This document shows positions 62,601 through 64,000 of a DNA stretch of 64,000 bases, piece by piece. Position numbers and translations under genes: made by a program. A model generated the notes under the pieces. That model was not told the DNA's origin and ran no database searches. It saw only the letters and a list, made by a program, of their open reading frames with translations. Numbering within the stretch: the first letter of the stretch is position 1; each line of letters opens with the position of its first letter. The DNA is from Lama guanicoe (lineage: Eukaryota), in NCBI GenBank assembly GCA_013239625.1, contig MU056000.1, forward strand, positions 10,863,175 through 10,927,174, given 5' to 3'.

Positions 62601-63182
62601 TTGGGAGTTTGCTAAGCTTTGCTGTATCCCCAGTGGACTGGGGGCCGTGTGCATGCACAGCAGAGATGCAAGCAGCCACCCATCCTGGCAGATGAAGGCT
62701 GGATACAGACGCAGAGGAGGTGGGAGAGCCAGTCATGGACCACCTTACCGAAGTGTCTTGTATACACTAAGAATTAAGACTAAATACAGCAGGTTGTTTG
62801 CAGATTTGATAGCAAAATAAATGATTGTTGTTATTTTAAGCTTCTAAATCAAGGGGTGATATTTGCTGCAACAATAGGTAACTGGAATAGGATGACTTCA
62901 AGTTTCTAAATTGGAGTAACTAGCTCTCTTACTCACTTACATAACTGATGTTTTCTGGCAACTTGGCATCATGGTGGGAAGGACGATTGTGGGCATCTGA
63001 TGGAATATGTTTGGGATGTATAATCATTTTTGCAAAAGAAATGCGCTGTAGGGTATAAGGACAGAAGTCCCCTTGCTCAGATGTGTGAAACCTGAGTTCA
63101 GGGGCTTGGCATTTCATCCTTGAGGACTCTGAAGTGTTAATGCTGAGACAGACACAGAGGCCATTCATTTAAGCCATTGCAA

Positions 63183-63365
63183 CAGTGCTTCCTCTGATGC
63201 ACATTTGACTCACTGGGGGATTTCAAAAAGTATTAATGACTGTGTGCTGCTTCCATATCCCGAATACTCTGATGACATTGATTTTGGATGACACTTGGAT
63301 ATTACCATTTTTTTTAAAAGTTACCCAGGTGGTTATAAAGTGCATTGCATGTGTGCAAACCTCTA
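63183..63365. mobile_element. MER5-like hAT element
   Basis: cagtgcttc...cacatttgactcactgggggatttcaaaaagt...ttttaaaagttacccaggtggtt. Confidence 0.6.
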
Positions 63366-63539
63366 CATTAGACGGACAGCAGCAACCAAAACTCAACTCT
63401 TAAAGAGAGGATTCTAAAATGGAAGAAAAGAGGAAATAAGGATTAACCAATGAAGGTAAAATAAAAGTGGTTTGGACCCTTGGAAGAGTTAGGGAATCCA
63501 CCCCACAGGCAAGACAGCAGGGCCTAGCATGCATTTGCA

Positions 63540-63940
63540 TAGTTCAAGTTGCCTCTTTCAAAGAGACTTCTGGTGGTCATTGGGATAACTCCCCATAATC
63601 CAGTTATCTTCTCCTGGACTCTTAAAGATTGAATTTCTGGCCTGTCATACTTAAGCAGGGTCATGAGACCCACATTGGCCAAGGAGATGTGTATTGGAGT
63701 ATGCACTAGCAGGTTCAAGGTTCTCCAAATATTTTTTCTCTCTGGCACAGAAGGAAGCAAGATTTGAAATGTGGCTTTTCCGTCACCATGGATCACTGAG
63801 AAATTATGCGAAACAGAACACTACTGCCAATCCTTGATGGAAATATTGGATGAGGGAGAAATAAATCTATTTTTGCTTTGGGCCACTAAGATTTTGAATT
63901 GTTTGTTACTGCAGCATAACCCATCATTTCCTGACTAACA
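63540..63940 (+). mobile_element. Old MaLR LTR (MLT1K/L-like)
   Basis: 3' end gagaaataaatctatt...gccactaagattttgaattgtttgttactgcagcataacc...cctgactaaca. Confidence 0.7.
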
Positions 63941-64000
63941 TGAAGTCTGAGCAAGATGAGCATCCATCTCTCTGCAAAGGGTTAGACCATCTACACTTCT

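Overview
AT-rich, repeat-dense mammalian genomic DNA with no intact protein-coding gene that I can recognise. It is very probably camelid (camel/llama/alpaca), judged from a vic-1-like SINE and many young L1 3' ends. Roughly half is interspersed repeat: old and young L1, L2, MIR, MLT1/ERVL/ERV1 LTRs, Tigger and hAT elements. The one clearly gene-derived sequence is a decayed minus-strand RPP40 processed pseudogene (~2711-3472) inside an old L1. It appears to preserve an unusual splice isoform: an exonised MIR replaces exon 2 and a central block is skipped. Other notable structure: an L1 3' transduction with a perfect 19-20 bp TSD (15015-15946), two smaller transduction candidates, and a ~50 bp inverted templated insertion. 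There is also an old ~0.5 kb direct duplication (6.0-6.5 kb vs 9.7-10.2 kb) carrying EBF/homeodomain motifs like olfactory-receptor promoters, plus several orphan candidate exons. Repeat family names and the RPP40 comparison are from memory of consensus sequences, not database searches. Most repeat boundaries are approximate.
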